A stretch of DNA of 60,089 nucleotides from Acidaminococcus fermentans (lineage in GTDB: Bacteria > Bacillota_I > Bacilli_A > RF39 > UBA660). The stretch is taken from positions 1 to 60,089 of the forward strand of contig CAVKYO010000052.1 in the NCBI GenBank assembly GCA_963660495.1. Direction: 5' to 3'. The notes beneath the pieces were generated by a model. It made no database searches and was not told where the DNA came from. It saw only the letters and a program-made list of their open reading frames with translations. A program made the position numbers and the translations under genes. The number at the start of each line of letters is the position of its first letter. Position 1 is the first letter of the stretch. Shown here piece by piece: positions 19,176 through 29,988 of the stretch.

Positions 19176-19224
19176 ACACTTTTTCCTCCTTCACACCATT
19201 TATTATATACTAATTTAGTTTTTT
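19070..19224. repeat. Near-identical 5' module, copy B
   Basis: Partner of 18109-18262. Confidence 0.9.
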
Positions 19225-19255
19225 TTATATGATTTTTACCATTTTTTATTTTGTT

Positions 19256-19873
19256 TTACGTAAAGTAGCTATTTACAGTATCAAAATATTCTTTACTTAC
19301 TTTAATAGTCAATTTTTCTATTAAGTCATCTGTAATATATGGATTAATATTCGTAGATTTTTCATTATAGTTTAATTGTTTCTTTGACCAGGAAAGTAAT
19401 TGTTCTTTTGAAATATTTCTAATACTTATGTAGTTAGCCTTAGCTAATTCATTCTTTATATATTCTACTATCTTATCATTTTTGTTTTCTATAGCGTATT
19501 CATCCATTGACTTTCTTAATATTGGGTGAGCATCTTCTAAATCTTTATAATCTTTTTTTATTAGGTCTATGACACCATCGTAAAAATAATCATCAAATAT
19601 AATATCTGTTAAAATATGAATTAAGTAGCCAGATAAGAACTTAGTGTCATAGTTGTTCTTTTCCTTATTATAAAAGCTTATAATATTTTGACGCCATGTT
19701 GAAAGATTTTTATCTCTTAAGTGAGAAGTCCATCTTTCTTCTTTAGGAGCAAAGCCATTTAAATTTACAGCATCTGGTGCTAGAACTCCTAAATAGAAAT
19801 TAGGTGTATCTAAATATTTATTTTCTTTAGCGATATTATAAGCTACTTTTTCATGAATAAATATATTAGGCAC
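19256..19873 (-). CDS. Zinc-dependent phospholipase C-like family protein (putative metal hydrolase)
   Basis: 205 aa. N-terminal MPNIFIHEKV...GVLAPD and HILTDIIFD His/Asp pattern typical of this family. Overlaps the end of the SEDS gene. Confidence 0.5.
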   Translation of the reverse strand: MPNIFIHEKVAYNIAKENKYLDTPNFYLGVLAPDAVNLNGFAPKEERWTSHLRDKNLSTWRQNIISFYNKEKNNYDTKFLSGYLIHILTDIIFDDYFYDGVIDLIKKDYKDLEDAHPILRKSMDEYAIENKNDKIVEYIKNELAKANYISIRNISKEQLLSWSKKQLNYNEKSTNINPYITDDLIEKLTIKVSKEYFDTVNSYFT

Positions 19874-21011
19874 GTTTTACACCTCTTTCTTTAGCTAAAG
19901 CTGTTTCTACACTAACTCTTTGAACAGCTGTTAAAGCGGCAATTAAACAAATTGTGAAACTACCACCATAACTAATAAATGGTAATGGAACACCAGTCAT
20001 TGGCATTAAACCTAGTATACCCATTAAGTTTACAGCTACATGAAGAAATATGTATATAGCAACACCATAACATATGGCACTTCCTTTATTTGAAGGACTG
20101 TTTCTGCCAATAATTAATATTCTATATAAAACTATCATATAACCTATTAGTAATAAAACTCCAGCAACTAGTCCTAACTCTTCTACAACTACGGCATAAA
20201 TAAAGTCTGTATATGGTTCTGGTAAGTATAAATACTTTTGTGTTGAATTACCAAGACCAGTTCCTGTTAAGCCACCTTTATTAATAGCAATGTAACTGTT
20301 ACAAACTTGGTTTCCAGAATCTAATAAGTCAGCACATGGATTAGTAAAGTTTAGACGTTCTTGTTGTCTTTCTTGAAGAAGAGTTCTACCTGATGAGATA
20401 AAAGCTACAAAAATAAAAAGCATTGATCCGAGGGCGGCAAAGGTTGTCTTTACTTTTATCTCTTTACTTATCGGTACAGCAAAAAATATAGCAGCAACGA
20501 TACAAACAAAGATAATCATAGTACCAAGGTCTGGTTGTAAAAATATTAAGAAGGCAATTCCGGCACATACACATATCGGAAATAAACTTGTACTATATTT
20601 ATTTAATTGTTTCTGATGCTTATCATAAAAACATGATAGCCAGATTATAACAATAACTTTTACAAATTCACTGGGCTGAATGGATATAGGTCCTATTTCA
20701 AACCAGCTTTGTGCTTGGTTTTTTGGTTTAATTATTGCTAGTAAAACTACTAGACTTATTGAAAAAACAATTAAAAGAAACCAGGAGACAAATCCATAAC
20801 TTTTAGTTGAGAAATTTATCATTACAAGGAACATGAAAAATCCTGCAAGTAGAAAAACACCTTGTCTAATGAAGTAGTAATAAGCACTTACTTCGTGCGA
20901 CATATAGGCTACTACGTTTGAAGCTGAAAAAACCATGATTAGTCCAAAGATAAATAGTAATATAGAAATAATTAATAATGGTTTATCTAAATGCTTAAAT
21001 ATTTTTCCCAT
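19866..21011 (-). CDS. SEDS family peptidoglycan polymerase (FtsW/RodA/SpoVE)
   Basis: 381 aa, about 10 TM helices. Motifs QPSEFVK, LQPDLGT and PLPFISYGGS. Confidence 0.9.
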   Translation of the reverse strand: MGKIFKHLDKPLLIISILLFIFGLIMVFSASNVVAYMSHEVSAYYYFIRQGVFLLAGFFMFLVMINFSTKSYGFVSWFLLIVFSISLVVLLAIIKPKNQAQSWFEIGPISIQPSEFVKVIVIIWLSCFYDKHQKQLNKYSTSLFPICVCAGIAFLIFLQPDLGTMIIFVCIVAAIFFAVPISKEIKVKTTFAALGSMLFIFVAFISSGRTLLQERQQERLNFTNPCADLLDSGNQVCNSYIAINKGGLTGTGLGNSTQKYLYLPEPYTDFIYAVVVEELGLVAGVLLLIGYMIVLYRILIIGRNSPSNKGSAICYGVAIYIFLHVAVNLMGILGLMPMTGVPLPFISYGGSFTICLIAALTAVQRVSVETALAKERGVKRA

Positions 21012-21155
21012 ACCTTTTTACATCCTTCCAATATAATATAATAATATCATAATTTGTTAGAATAATTCTAATTAATTATATTATAGGTCAGTTTTATTAA
21101 CATATTTTGTCAATTTACATATTTTATAATAGATTAAGAAAAGGAGGCTTTAGCT

Positions 21156-21320
21156 ATGTATTATTACGGTGGAGGTTCAGGATGTTGTTCTAATCAAGCT
21201 GGTTATCAAGTTCCTTATTATCCAGTTTATAATACTGGTAATAATAACTCAACTTATGCTATTATTTTAGTTTTATTTATATTATTAGTAATCGTAATTG
21301 GCACTCGTTTTTCAGCATAA
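21156..21320 (+). CDS. Tiny transmembrane protein of the YjcZ family (Gly/Cys-rich N-terminus, one TM helix)
   Basis: 54 aa, not in the ORF track: MYYYGGGSGCCSNQAGYQVPYYPVYNTGNNNSTYAIILVLFILLVIVIGTRFSA. An AAGGAGG lies 7 nt upstream and a terminator lies downstream. Confidence 0.65.
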   Translation: MYYYGGGSGCCSNQAGYQVPYYPVYNTGNNNSTYAIILVLFILLVIVIGTRFSA

Positions 21321-21323
21321 GTT

Positions 21324-21357
21324 AAACGTATAAGTTCTCCTTATACGTTTTTATTTG
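21324..21357 (+). terminator. Rho-independent terminator
   Basis: AAACGTATAAG-ttctc-CTTATACGTTT followed by TTATTTG. Confidence 0.7.
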
Positions 21358-21428
21358 GGTATTTGTAAGTTAGACTTTATTTTTTTGTTTTTTTTTGCTA
21401 AAATATATGCAGTGCGAGGTGGAGTAGT

Positions 21429-21977
21429 ATGTTAAAGACCAAGGATATTTTAGATGAAAAGGATAAACGTCTTAGACAAGTTAGTAAAGAAGTAGAATTT
21501 CCTTTAACTCAAAAAGATAAAGATTTAATTAATACAATGATTAAATATTTACATGACAGTCAAATTGAAGAGTTAGCAGAAAAGTATGATTTACGTCCTG
21601 GTATGGGTATGGCTGCTGTCCAACTTGGTGTTTTAAAAAGATACTTTGTTGTAGTTAATGAATTTGATGAAGGTGAATTTGAAACTTATATTTTAATAAA
21701 TCCAAAAATCATTAGTAACTCTTTAGAAAAAATTTATGTGGAACTTGGTGAAGGTTGCCTTAGTGTTAATAGAGCTGTTGAAGGAATTGTTCCTAGATAT
21801 GCAAGAGTTACAATGGAAGCTTATGATATGGAAGGAAAGAAAATACATGTAAGAGCACGTGAGGAGTTAGCTATTGCGATGCAACATGAACTTGATCATT
21901 TAAATGGAATTATGTTTACTGACCATATTGATAAAAAAGATCCTTATAAAGGAAAAGACGAGATGCGTGCCATCTAG
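21429..21977 (+). CDS. def: Peptide deformylase
   Basis: 182 aa. Motifs GMAAVQLG, EGCLS, QHELDHL. Confidence 0.95.
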   Translation: MLKTKDILDEKDKRLRQVSKEVEFPLTQKDKDLINTMIKYLHDSQIEELAEKYDLRPGMGMAAVQLGVLKRYFVVVNEFDEGEFETYILINPKIISNSLEKIYVELGEGCLSVNRAVEGIVPRYARVTMEAYDMEGKKIHVRAREELAIAMQHELDHLNGIMFTDHIDKKDPYKGKDEMRAI

Positions 21978-21985
21978 TCTTTTTT

Positions 21986-24940
21986 TTATACTACTTCTTC
22001 TCTATCGGTTAATTTTACACTAACTAGTTTTGAAACACCAGACTCTTGCATAGTTATTCCATATAGAGTATTGGCGTATTCCATAGTTTTCTTTTTATGT
22101 GTAATTATTAGGAATTGAGTTTTATCGCGATAATGATCTAAGTATTTACCAAATCCTGATACATTTGCTTCATCTAGGGCAGCTTCTACTTCATCGAATA
22201 AACAGAATGGTACACTTCTAACATTTAATATAGCGAATAATAATGATATTGCGGTTAGAGTTTTTTCGCCACCTGATAATAAGGAAATGGTAGTTAGTTT
22301 TTTACCTGGAGGTGAGGCAACAATTTCTACTCCCGTTGTTAACATATCTTTAGGATCTGTTAGTTTTAGTGTTGCTTGTCCACCAGAGAATAATTCTTTA
22401 AATACTTTTTGGAATTCTGTTTGGATGGCTAAGAAAGTAGTTTTAAATTCTTCTTTCATAACATCATCCATTTCATTCATAATTTCAAGTAACGTGTTTT
22501 CAGCTTTTAGTAAGTCTTCTCTTTGATTTGTTAAGAAACTATATCTAGTATTTACTCTTTCATACTCTTCTATTGCGGATATATTAACCATGCCTATTCT
22601 TTTAATATTAGCTCGATATGTATTTACTTTTATTCTTGCTTCTTCTGGTTCTATATCAAGTTTATAATTACTTTGAGCTTTTTCAAAAGTAAGTTCATAA
22701 TCTTCGGATAGAATATTTAACATATTATCTATTTTAACATCTAATCTATTAATTGTAATTTCTAACTCTCTTGATGTTTTTTCTAGATTTCTTAAAGTAG
22801 AATTTTTCAATTTATAAGTAGCTTGATTTTCTTCTATTTTTACTTTTAATTCTTCTATTTCTTTTGTTTTTGATTTTATGCTTAGTAATAATTGTTCTTT
22901 TTTAGAATTCATTTCATGGAATAGTTTAATTAATTCTTGTTCTTTAGAAGATACATTGTTACTACTAATTGCTTCTAAACTTTCCCAGTCTTTTCCAATG
23001 TTTACTAGGGCTTCTTTTTGTTTAGATAATTCGTTATTTTTGTTATTGTAAATTTCCGCTAAGGATACTTTTTCTTTAGTTATTTGATAGTTTTTTTCTT
23101 CTAATGCAGAAATTATAGTGTTTAGTTTTTCTAATTCTGTTTTAATTTTTTCTAGTTCATTTTTTATAATTTGTTCTTTTTCTTCTTTGTATTTTAACTC
23201 TTGTTTTATAATAATTGAACTTCTTGTTTTGTTTAGAGAACCACCGGTCATAGAACCGCCAATGTTGATAACGTCTCCTTCTAAAGTGATAATTTTGTAA
23301 CGATTTTTAATTATTCTACTTAGTCTATTGGCTGAATCTATATCTTTAGAAATTATGATGTTTCCAAATTGATTTTTGATAATATTTTCATACTTTTTAT
23401 TATAAGTTATTAGGTCACTTAAGATTGCGACAAAGTCAGGTGATGATTTAATTAGACTAAGAGTTGCCTCATCAACATTACGTTCTTTTATAACGTTCAT
23501 AGGAAAGAAGGTTGCTCTGCCTAAATGATTATCTTTTAAGTAGTTAATTGCGGCTTTAGCACTTTCTTCATCTGTTGTGATTATGAAGTTTTTATTAGCA
23601 GCTGATGCTACATTTAAGGCTTTTACATATTCATCTTCTATATTTATAATGTTACCGATAGTGTTATGAATGCCAGTTAAACTTGTTGATTTTAAAATGA
23701 TTCTAACACTACTTGGTAAATCAGTTGACTCTTCTATTTCATTTTTTAATGAAGCAATTTGATGACCAATGGTGATTAAGTTTCGATCATTTTGAGAATA
23801 CTCAGAGTTTAATAAATTTCTTTTAGACTTCATAGTATCTATTTCTTTGTTTAGAGAAGTCGCTTTTTGTTCTTGAAGTCTAGCTTCTTCTGTTATATTT
23901 TTAATTTCTTCAGTAATTAAATTTATGTTTCCTTGTAGTTCACTTTTTTTCTCTAGAACGCTTCTTATTTCTTCTTTTATTTCGTCTTCTTCTTTTGTCG
24001 TTTTACTACGTTCTTTTAAAAGATTCTTCTCACCGTTTATTTTTTCAACTTCTTGAGTTACGGTTAATAATTCACTATTTAGACTAGCCTTTTCTTTTTC
24101 TAGTTTTTCGAGCTTATTACTATCTTCTAAAGTAGAGACATCTGTTTTAGAGTTTTCACTTGAAAGTGTAACTATTTCTTTATCTACTTTTTCTTTTTCT
24201 TCTTTTGCTGTTTGTAGTTTTTGGTTACATGAGGCAATATCATAAGCTAGTAAAGCTACTTCATAGTTATCTAGTCCTTTTTTATTTTCTAGATATTCTT
24301 TAGCCTTTTCACTTTGTTCTTTCAATGGTTCTACTTGTACGGCTAATTCCGAAATTATATCATTAACACGATCTAGGTTATTATGAGTTCTATCTAGTTT
24401 TCTTAGCGCCTCTTCTTTTCTTTTTTTGTATTTTAAGACTCCGGCTGCTTCTTCAAAGATAACTCTCCTGTCGCTTGGTGAATTACTAAGAATTTTATCT
24501 ACTTCACCTTGAGAGATAATATTAAATGACTCTTTACCTAGTCCGGTATCTAACAATAAATTAGTTATGTCCTTTAAACGACATTTTTCGCCATTAAGGT
24601 AATATTCATTTTCTCCTGTACGGTACACTTTTCTTTTTATTGATATTTCAGTGTATGGTATATTTAAAAAATGATCATTATTATCAAATATTAATTCAAC
24701 ACTAGCTACATTTAATGGATTACGACTTTTACTACCAGAAAATATTACGTCGCTCATAGAACCTTCGCCACGAAGGGATTTTACTGATTGTTCACCTAAT
24801 ACCCAACGAACAGCGTCTACAACATTACTCTTTCCAGAGCCATTTGGTCCAACAATACAAGTTATTTTATCATCTAATTTTATATCCAATTTATCAGCAA
24901 AGGATTTAAATCCAGTGGCGATTATTTCTTTTAAGTACAT
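21986..24940 (-). CDS. smc: Chromosome partition protein SMC (short form, 984 aa)
   Basis: Walker A GPNGSGKSN, long coiled coils flanking a hinge, signature LSGGEKTLTAISL, Walker B LFDEVEAALD. Confidence 0.9.
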   Translation of the reverse strand: MYLKEIIATGFKSFADKLDIKLDDKITCIVGPNGSGKSNVVDAVRWVLGEQSVKSLRGEGSMSDVIFSGSKSRNPLNVASVELIFDNNDHFLNIPYTEISIKRKVYRTGENEYYLNGEKCRLKDITNLLLDTGLGKESFNIISQGEVDKILSNSPSDRRVIFEEAAGVLKYKKRKEEALRKLDRTHNNLDRVNDIISELAVQVEPLKEQSEKAKEYLENKKGLDNYEVALLAYDIASCNQKLQTAKEEKEKVDKEIVTLSSENSKTDVSTLEDSNKLEKLEKEKASLNSELLTVTQEVEKINGEKNLLKERSKTTKEEDEIKEEIRSVLEKKSELQGNINLITEEIKNITEEARLQEQKATSLNKEIDTMKSKRNLLNSEYSQNDRNLITIGHQIASLKNEIEESTDLPSSVRIILKSTSLTGIHNTIGNIINIEDEYVKALNVASAANKNFIITTDEESAKAAINYLKDNHLGRATFFPMNVIKERNVDEATLSLIKSSPDFVAILSDLITYNKKYENIIKNQFGNIIISKDIDSANRLSRIIKNRYKIITLEGDVINIGGSMTGGSLNKTRSSIIIKQELKYKEEKEQIIKNELEKIKTELEKLNTIISALEEKNYQITKEKVSLAEIYNNKNNELSKQKEALVNIGKDWESLEAISSNNVSSKEQELIKLFHEMNSKKEQLLLSIKSKTKEIEELKVKIEENQATYKLKNSTLRNLEKTSRELEITINRLDVKIDNMLNILSEDYELTFEKAQSNYKLDIEPEEARIKVNTYRANIKRIGMVNISAIEEYERVNTRYSFLTNQREDLLKAENTLLEIMNEMDDVMKEEFKTTFLAIQTEFQKVFKELFSGGQATLKLTDPKDMLTTGVEIVASPPGKKLTTISLLSGGEKTLTAISLLFAILNVRSVPFCLFDEVEAALDEANVSGFGKYLDHYRDKTQFLIITHKKKTMEYANTLYGITMQESGVSKLVSVKLTDREEVV

Positions 24941-25055
24941 ACACTTTCACCCTACTAATAAGTATACTATAAATCACATTGTTAGACAAGAAGTTCTTTA
25001 TATACAAAGAAAAAAGGAAGATTTATACCTTTTTAAAATGTTTTAGTATTAATAT

Positions 25056-25919
25056 TTATTTTTCATCATTTTCACTTAATAAAGCTTCTAGACTTAAGAA
25101 TGTGTATCCTTTTTGTTTTATGTAGTCTATTATGGCTGGAAGTTGTTCTTTTGTTATATTTGATAGAGGCAGAGATATGATGGCGGAATTATAGAGTTTA
25201 TCTTTTATTTCTTTGTATGGCATAGTTGTTGTTTTTATAGTTGGTATTATGGTATGTAGTTTTAATTTTGAACACAGTTCAATTACTTCTTTTTGATCAT
25301 ATTCAGCGTAACAATACTTAGCTTCTTTCTTAGTAATAGAAGATAGATAATTTAAGGTGCTATTAAAATAAATTTCATCATATTTATTATCGTAATTTAA
25401 AATTTCCAGTTCATGATTATTTTTAGTCATGGTTTCAAAAAGTGAGGTATTATTTTCTAAAAGTAGTCCGTCAACGAAAAAAGTTGCAGGGATATTTTTC
25501 TGATTTAATATATTTAAAATTGCTGGTAAGTTTGACGTTGTATCGGTTTTAAAAACTAGTGAAACGTTTTTACTTTCAGCATTTCCTTGAACGATGTATT
25601 TGTCATAATAATCATCAACAGAAACGGCTGGTTCTATTTCTTTTAAGATAGTTAAGACTTCGTTGTAAGCACCGTATTTTTTCATTTTAGTATACGTTTT
25701 TTGATAGTCAATTTCTTTACCCGACTTTCCTGGTATTATTTTGTTTCCTATTATGGTAGCGTTTACTGGATCTACTTTATACTTTGTATTTGTTTCTTTT
25801 ATTTGTTTCATTATAGGATCGTTTTCACGGATTAATTCAATTGATTTATTTGTATAAAAGAAACTAAATAACATTAAAAGTGTAACACTTATTACTTGAA
25901 TAAACTTTTTCTTATTCAT
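25056..25919 (-). CDS. YlxY/SwsB-like polysaccharide deacetylase-family protein (degenerate NodB motif)
   Basis: 287 aa with a signal anchor. NodB-like VSLVFKTD...IPATFFVDG. Position directly after pnp, as ylxY is in Bacillus. Confidence 0.55.
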   Translation of the reverse strand: MNKKKFIQVISVTLLMLFSFFYTNKSIELIRENDPIMKQIKETNTKYKVDPVNATIIGNKIIPGKSGKEIDYQKTYTKMKKYGAYNEVLTILKEIEPAVSVDDYYDKYIVQGNAESKNVSLVFKTDTTSNLPAILNILNQKNIPATFFVDGLLLENNTSLFETMTKNNHELEILNYDNKYDEIYFNSTLNYLSSITKKEAKYCYAEYDQKEVIELCSKLKLHTIIPTIKTTTMPYKEIKDKLYNSAIISLPLSNITKEQLPAIIDYIKQKGYTFLSLEALLSENDEK

Positions 25920-25942
25920 ATAATCACCTAGTCTAGTATATG

Positions 25943-25969
25943 AAAAAAAAGTTCAAATTGAACTTTTTT
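25943..25969 (-). terminator. Bidirectional hairpin terminator after pnp
   Basis: AAAAGTTCA-aat-TGAACTTTT flanked by an A-run and a T-run. Confidence 0.6.
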
Positions 25970-25973
25970 AGTC

Positions 25974-28142
25974 TTATTTATCAGTTTTCTTTTTCTTTGT
26001 GTCCTTTTTTGGTAGAGCATCTTTTCTTGAGAAGTTTTGACGACCCTTTTTATCTGGTCCTAGGGCTTTGACAATTATTTCATCGCCTAGTTTAACAACA
26101 TCTTCAACTTTATCTACTCTTGTGTCGGCAAGTTGTGATACATGAACTAGTCCTTCACATCCTGGCCATAGTTGAACAAAGCAACCAAAGTCTTCTATTT
26201 TTACGACTTTTGCTTCATAGATTTTTCCAACTTCTACTTCACGAACAATTGACTCTATCATTTCTTTTGTCTTATTAATGATATCACGGTCTGTATGATA
26301 AATTACTACACGACCATCATCTTCTAAGTCTACTTTAACAGCATTTACGTTTGTTACTTCTGTAACATTTGATGCTTCACAAATTATTTTTGTTATTGTT
26401 TCTCCACCACGACCGATAACATCTTTTATCTTAGCTGGGTTAATCATAAATGTTTCCATCTTTGGTGCATATTTTGAAACTTCTTTTCTAGGTTCTTTTA
26501 TTTGTTTAGCAATTACTTTTAAGATTTCTAGACGAGCTTTTTTAGCTTGAGCTAAGGCTTCTTTTAAGATTTCTTCAGTAATACCTTTTATTTTTATATC
26601 CATTTGTAAAGCTGTAATACCATCTTTAGTTCCAGCAACTTTAAAGTCCATGTCTCCTAAATGGTCTTCCATACCTTGAATATCTGTTAGAATTGTATAA
26701 TCATCTTCATGAGTAATTAATCCCATGGCAATTCCAGCTACAGGAGCTTTTATTGGAACACCAGCAGCCATTAATGACATACATCCAGCACAAATAGATG
26801 CTTGTGATGATGAACCATTTGATTCCAATATTTCTGATACGACACGAATTGTATATGGGAACTCATCTTCAGATGGAATTACTTGCGCTAAAGCTTTTTC
26901 ACCTAAAGCACCATGTCCGATTTCTCTTCTACCTGGTGCACCATAACGTCCTGTTTCTCCTACTGAGAATTGTGGAAAGTTATAATGTAACATAAATCTT
27001 TTTTGATCTTCTAGACCTAGACCATCAATTATTTGATGTTCTCCTAAAGCACCTAGTGTAGTTATTGAAAGAGCTTGTGTTTCACCTCTTGTAAATAAAG
27101 CTGAACCATGAGTTCTTGGTAATAAATCAATACCTGTTGATAATGGTCTTATCTCATCCATTTTACGTCCGTCAGCACGTTTTTTCTCTTTTACAACAAT
27201 ACTTCTGAATAATTGATATTCAATATCTGATAAAACCATGTTTACTTTAGCAAGTAATTCTTTTAGTTCTTGTTCTTTTAAAATATCTTCATTTTCTTTT
27301 GTATAGATATCTATTACTTCTTCTTTAACTTCATCTATTGCGGCATATTTTTTAAGTTTATCTTTTATACGTAAAGCCTTATCCATTTTTTTAGTTGCAA
27401 GAGACTTAATTCTTTCAATCATTTCTTCATCTGGTGTTAGAGTTTCATATTCCATCTTCTCTTCACCAATTTCTTTAATGATTTTCTCTTCAAATTTTAT
27501 TAATTCTTTGACAGCTTTATGTCCAAACATTAAGGCTTCTAGCATAATATCTTCAGGTACTTGTTTAGCACTTGATTCTACCATGTTGATAGCGTCTTTT
27601 GTTCCAGCTACTGTTAGATCTAATTCTGATCTTTCTAATTGCTCTGGAGTTGGATTGATTACAAATTTACCATCTACGCGACCTACTTTTACTCCAGCAA
27701 TTGGTCCATGAAATGGAATCTTTGAAATACTAACAGCAAGGGAAGAAGCTAACATTGCTGTTAACTCTGGTGAACAGTCTTGGTCTACTGATAAAACTGT
27801 TGAGATAACTTGTACTTCATTTTTAAATCCTTCTGGGAATAATGGTCTCATTGGTCTATCAATCATTCTAGCGGCTAGAGTTGCTGCTTCTGAAGGACGA
27901 CCTTCTCTTTTTATAAATCCTCCTGGAATCTTACCTACTGAATATAGTTTTTCTTGATAATTTACAGTTAATGGGAAGAAATCTGATAATAAGTTTACAG
28001 ATTTACTTACTACAGCAGCAGTTAAAACTACAGTATCGTTATATCTAACTAATACGGCTCCATCTGCTTGTTTAGCTAATTCTCCATGCTCAACTATAAT
28101 TTTACGGCCATGAAAATCTAATTCAAATACTTTTTTCTTCAT
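25974..28142 (-). CDS. pnp: Polyribonucleotide nucleotidyltransferase (PNPase)
   Basis: 722 aa. Two RNase PH domains, then KH (GRGGETI) and S1 ([18 protein letters not shown]) domains, then a Lys-rich tail. Confidence 0.95.
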   Translation of the reverse strand: MKKKVFELDFHGRKIIVEHGELAKQADGAVLVRYNDTVVLTAAVVSKSVNLLSDFFPLTVNYQEKLYSVGKIPGGFIKREGRPSEAATLAARMIDRPMRPLFPEGFKNEVQVISTVLSVDQDCSPELTAMLASSLAVSISKIPFHGPIAGVKVGRVDGKFVINPTPEQLERSELDLTVAGTKDAINMVESSAKQVPEDIMLEALMFGHKAVKELIKFEEKIIKEIGEEKMEYETLTPDEEMIERIKSLATKKMDKALRIKDKLKKYAAIDEVKEEVIDIYTKENEDILKEQELKELLAKVNMVLSDIEYQLFRSIVVKEKKRADGRKMDEIRPLSTGIDLLPRTHGSALFTRGETQALSITTLGALGEHQIIDGLGLEDQKRFMLHYNFPQFSVGETGRYGAPGRREIGHGALGEKALAQVIPSEDEFPYTIRVVSEILESNGSSSQASICAGCMSLMAAGVPIKAPVAGIAMGLITHEDDYTILTDIQGMEDHLGDMDFKVAGTKDGITALQMDIKIKGITEEILKEALAQAKKARLEILKVIAKQIKEPRKEVSKYAPKMETFMINPAKIKDVIGRGGETITKIICEASNVTEVTNVNAVKVDLEDDGRVVIYHTDRDIINKTKEMIESIVREVEVGKIYEAKVVKIEDFGCFVQLWPGCEGLVHVSQLADTRVDKVEDVVKLGDEIIVKALGPDKKGRQNFSRKDALPKKDTKKKKTDK

Positions 28143-28163
28143 TAAAACACCTCAAAACTTTCT

Positions 28164-28191
28164 AAAAAAAAGACACTAAAAATAAGTGTCT
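28164..28191 (-). terminator. rpsO terminator/attenuator hairpin
   Basis: The minus strand reads AGACACT-tattttt-AGTGTCT followed by TTTTTTT, between rpsO and pnp. Confidence 0.65.
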
Positions 28192-28459
28192 ACTTTCTTA
28201 ATCCTAATTTTTTAATTACTTCACGATAACTTTGAATATCTTTCTTAGCTAAGTATTGTAACATATTTCTACGTTGACCAACTTTCTTTAAAAGACCTCT
28301 ACGTGAATGATAATCATGAGTATGTACTTTTAAATGTTCTGTTAAATCGTTAATTTCTTTAGTTAAAATTGCGATTTGTACTTCTGCAGAACCTGTATCT
28401 TTTTCATTCTTTGCAAAATCTTTAACAATTTTTGCTTTTTCTTCTTTTGTTAATGCCAT
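28190..28459 (-). CDS. rpsO: 30S ribosomal protein S15
   Basis: [15 protein letters not shown]...[17 protein letters not shown]. Start is set at MALT rather than the 6-codon extension in the track. Confidence 0.95.
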   Translation of the reverse strand: MALTKEEKAKIVKDFAKNEKDTGSAEVQIAILTKEINDLTEHLKVHTHDYHSRRGLLKKVGQRRNMLQYLAKKDIQSYREVIKKLGLRK

Positions 28460-28681
28460 ATTAACACTTCCTTTCATATTATATTAGCCAAGGCCAAGTA
28501 AGAAGTCGGAAATTCTTCAAACTGGGAATTGGTAAGTAATTGTATTATACTATTAAAGATATGCTTTTTCAAGTGTTTTTTGGCTTTATTAATAAATTAT
28601 TTTACATAAACGATAACACTTTTCTTGGTAGTTTCTTTTATTTTTTTAGATTTTATGGTATGTTAATAATGGTGATATTTA

Positions 28682-29365
28682 GTGAAAGATAAAAAAAAGA
28701 TATTTAAATATTTATTAAAAGGAGTTTTAATTTTCCTATTATTTTATTATAGTGCTTATTTACAATTAATACCTATTTATTTATTTAAATTGGATCCACA
28801 CAATATTTCAAGTTCTTTAAATGTATTACTGAGTTGTTTTTCAAATATTATTTTAGTTATGATACTTTGGTTTATATATAGAAAAGAATTAAAAGCCGAA
28901 TGGAAAATATTTAAAGATAAGGCTGCTTGGAATACGGATATCATGGTTAAATATTGGATGACAGGTTTAGCTGTTATGATGGTTAGTAATATAATTATTA
29001 GTTCTTTCCTTAATGCTGGTCAGGCTGAGAATGAACAAGCTGTTCAAAGTATGATAAATGCATTACCTTGGGCTATGTTAATTGATGCTGGTATACTTGC
29101 TCCATTTATTGAAGAAATTGTTTTTAGAAAAAGTTTTAAAGATATTTTTCAAAATAAATGGGCTTTTGCGATAGCTTCTGCTTTAGTCTTTGGTGGTATG
29201 CATGTTGTTAATGCTAGTAGCGCTGTTGGATACTTATTTATAATACCATATGGTTGTCTTGGATTTGTATTTGCTTTAATGTATAATAAAACAAATACTG
29301 TATACACTTCAGTATTTGCTCATATGTTGCATAATTCAATATTAACTCTTATATCAATATTATAA
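28682..29365 (+). CDS. CPBP family intramembrane glutamic endopeptidase (CAAX protease/Abi-like)
   Basis: 227 aa, polytopic. Motifs EEIVFR, FGGMH and HMLHN. GTG start with a GGTGA 7 nt upstream. Confidence 0.8.
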   Translation: MKDKKKIFKYLLKGVLIFLLFYYSAYLQLIPIYLFKLDPHNISSSLNVLLSCFSNIILVMILWFIYRKELKAEWKIFKDKAAWNTDIMVKYWMTGLAVMMVSNIIISSFLNAGQAENEQAVQSMINALPWAMLIDAGILAPFIEEIVFRKSFKDIFQNKWAFAIASALVFGGMHVVNASSAVGYLFIIPYGCLGFVFALMYNKTNTVYTSVFAHMLHNSILTLISIL

Positions 29366-29388
29366 GTAATAATAAAACGTTGAAAAAG

Positions 29389-29964
29389 TTACTCTCTTCC
29401 AACGTTTATTTTTTTGTCTATAATTGTTAAGACTAAGCATACCAATGACTGTATTCCTATTGTTATAAAGTATCCTTTCCAATAATTATCTAAAATAAGC
29501 ATATTTAAATGTATCAATGTGTAGAATAAGTAAAATACTACTAGTGAAAAAAGATATGTTAAGAATATTAGTATAGCTGGAGCTTTAGTATTACTTATTA
29601 AGAATTGATATATTAGTAAGTTAATTAAATGTGATACTACTAGTGCACAAAAATGTCCTGAGAAAGTATTTATATCAGTTGGCTTACCTAGTGCAAAGTT
29701 CATGATTAAAGTAAATACTACAATGGATATACTTGATACCGAAATTGCTAATAGCGTTTTTCCATAGCTATATTTTTTAGTTATATAGTTTGAAATTAAA
29801 TATAGTATTGGCAATAAGAATATGGAATAAGTTAGTCTTATATCTGTTAATTTAAATGTGTATGTTGCTAGTGAATAAGTTAGTATTGTTAGTGTTGTTA
29901 ATAGTAAGATATACATCCAACTGTCATCATAATTATCTACTTTTTTTGTTTTCTTTTTTGGCAT
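29389..29964 (-). CDS. Polytopic membrane protein, possibly VUT/YhhQ (queuosine precursor transporter) family
   Basis: 191 aa with 5-6 TM helices. The LISNYITKKYSYGKT segment resembles the VUT D..E.YG region. The assignment is weak. Confidence 0.35.
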   Translation of the reverse strand: MPKKKTKKVDNYDDSWMYILLLTTLTILTYSLATYTFKLTDIRLTYSIFLLPILYLISNYITKKYSYGKTLLAISVSSISIVVFTLIMNFALGKPTDINTFSGHFCALVVSHLINLLIYQFLISNTKAPAILIFLTYLFSLVVFYLFYTLIHLNMLILDNYWKGYFITIGIQSLVCLVLTIIDKKINVGRE

Positions 29965-29988
29965 ATTTTGTTCCTCTTTTCTTTCTTT

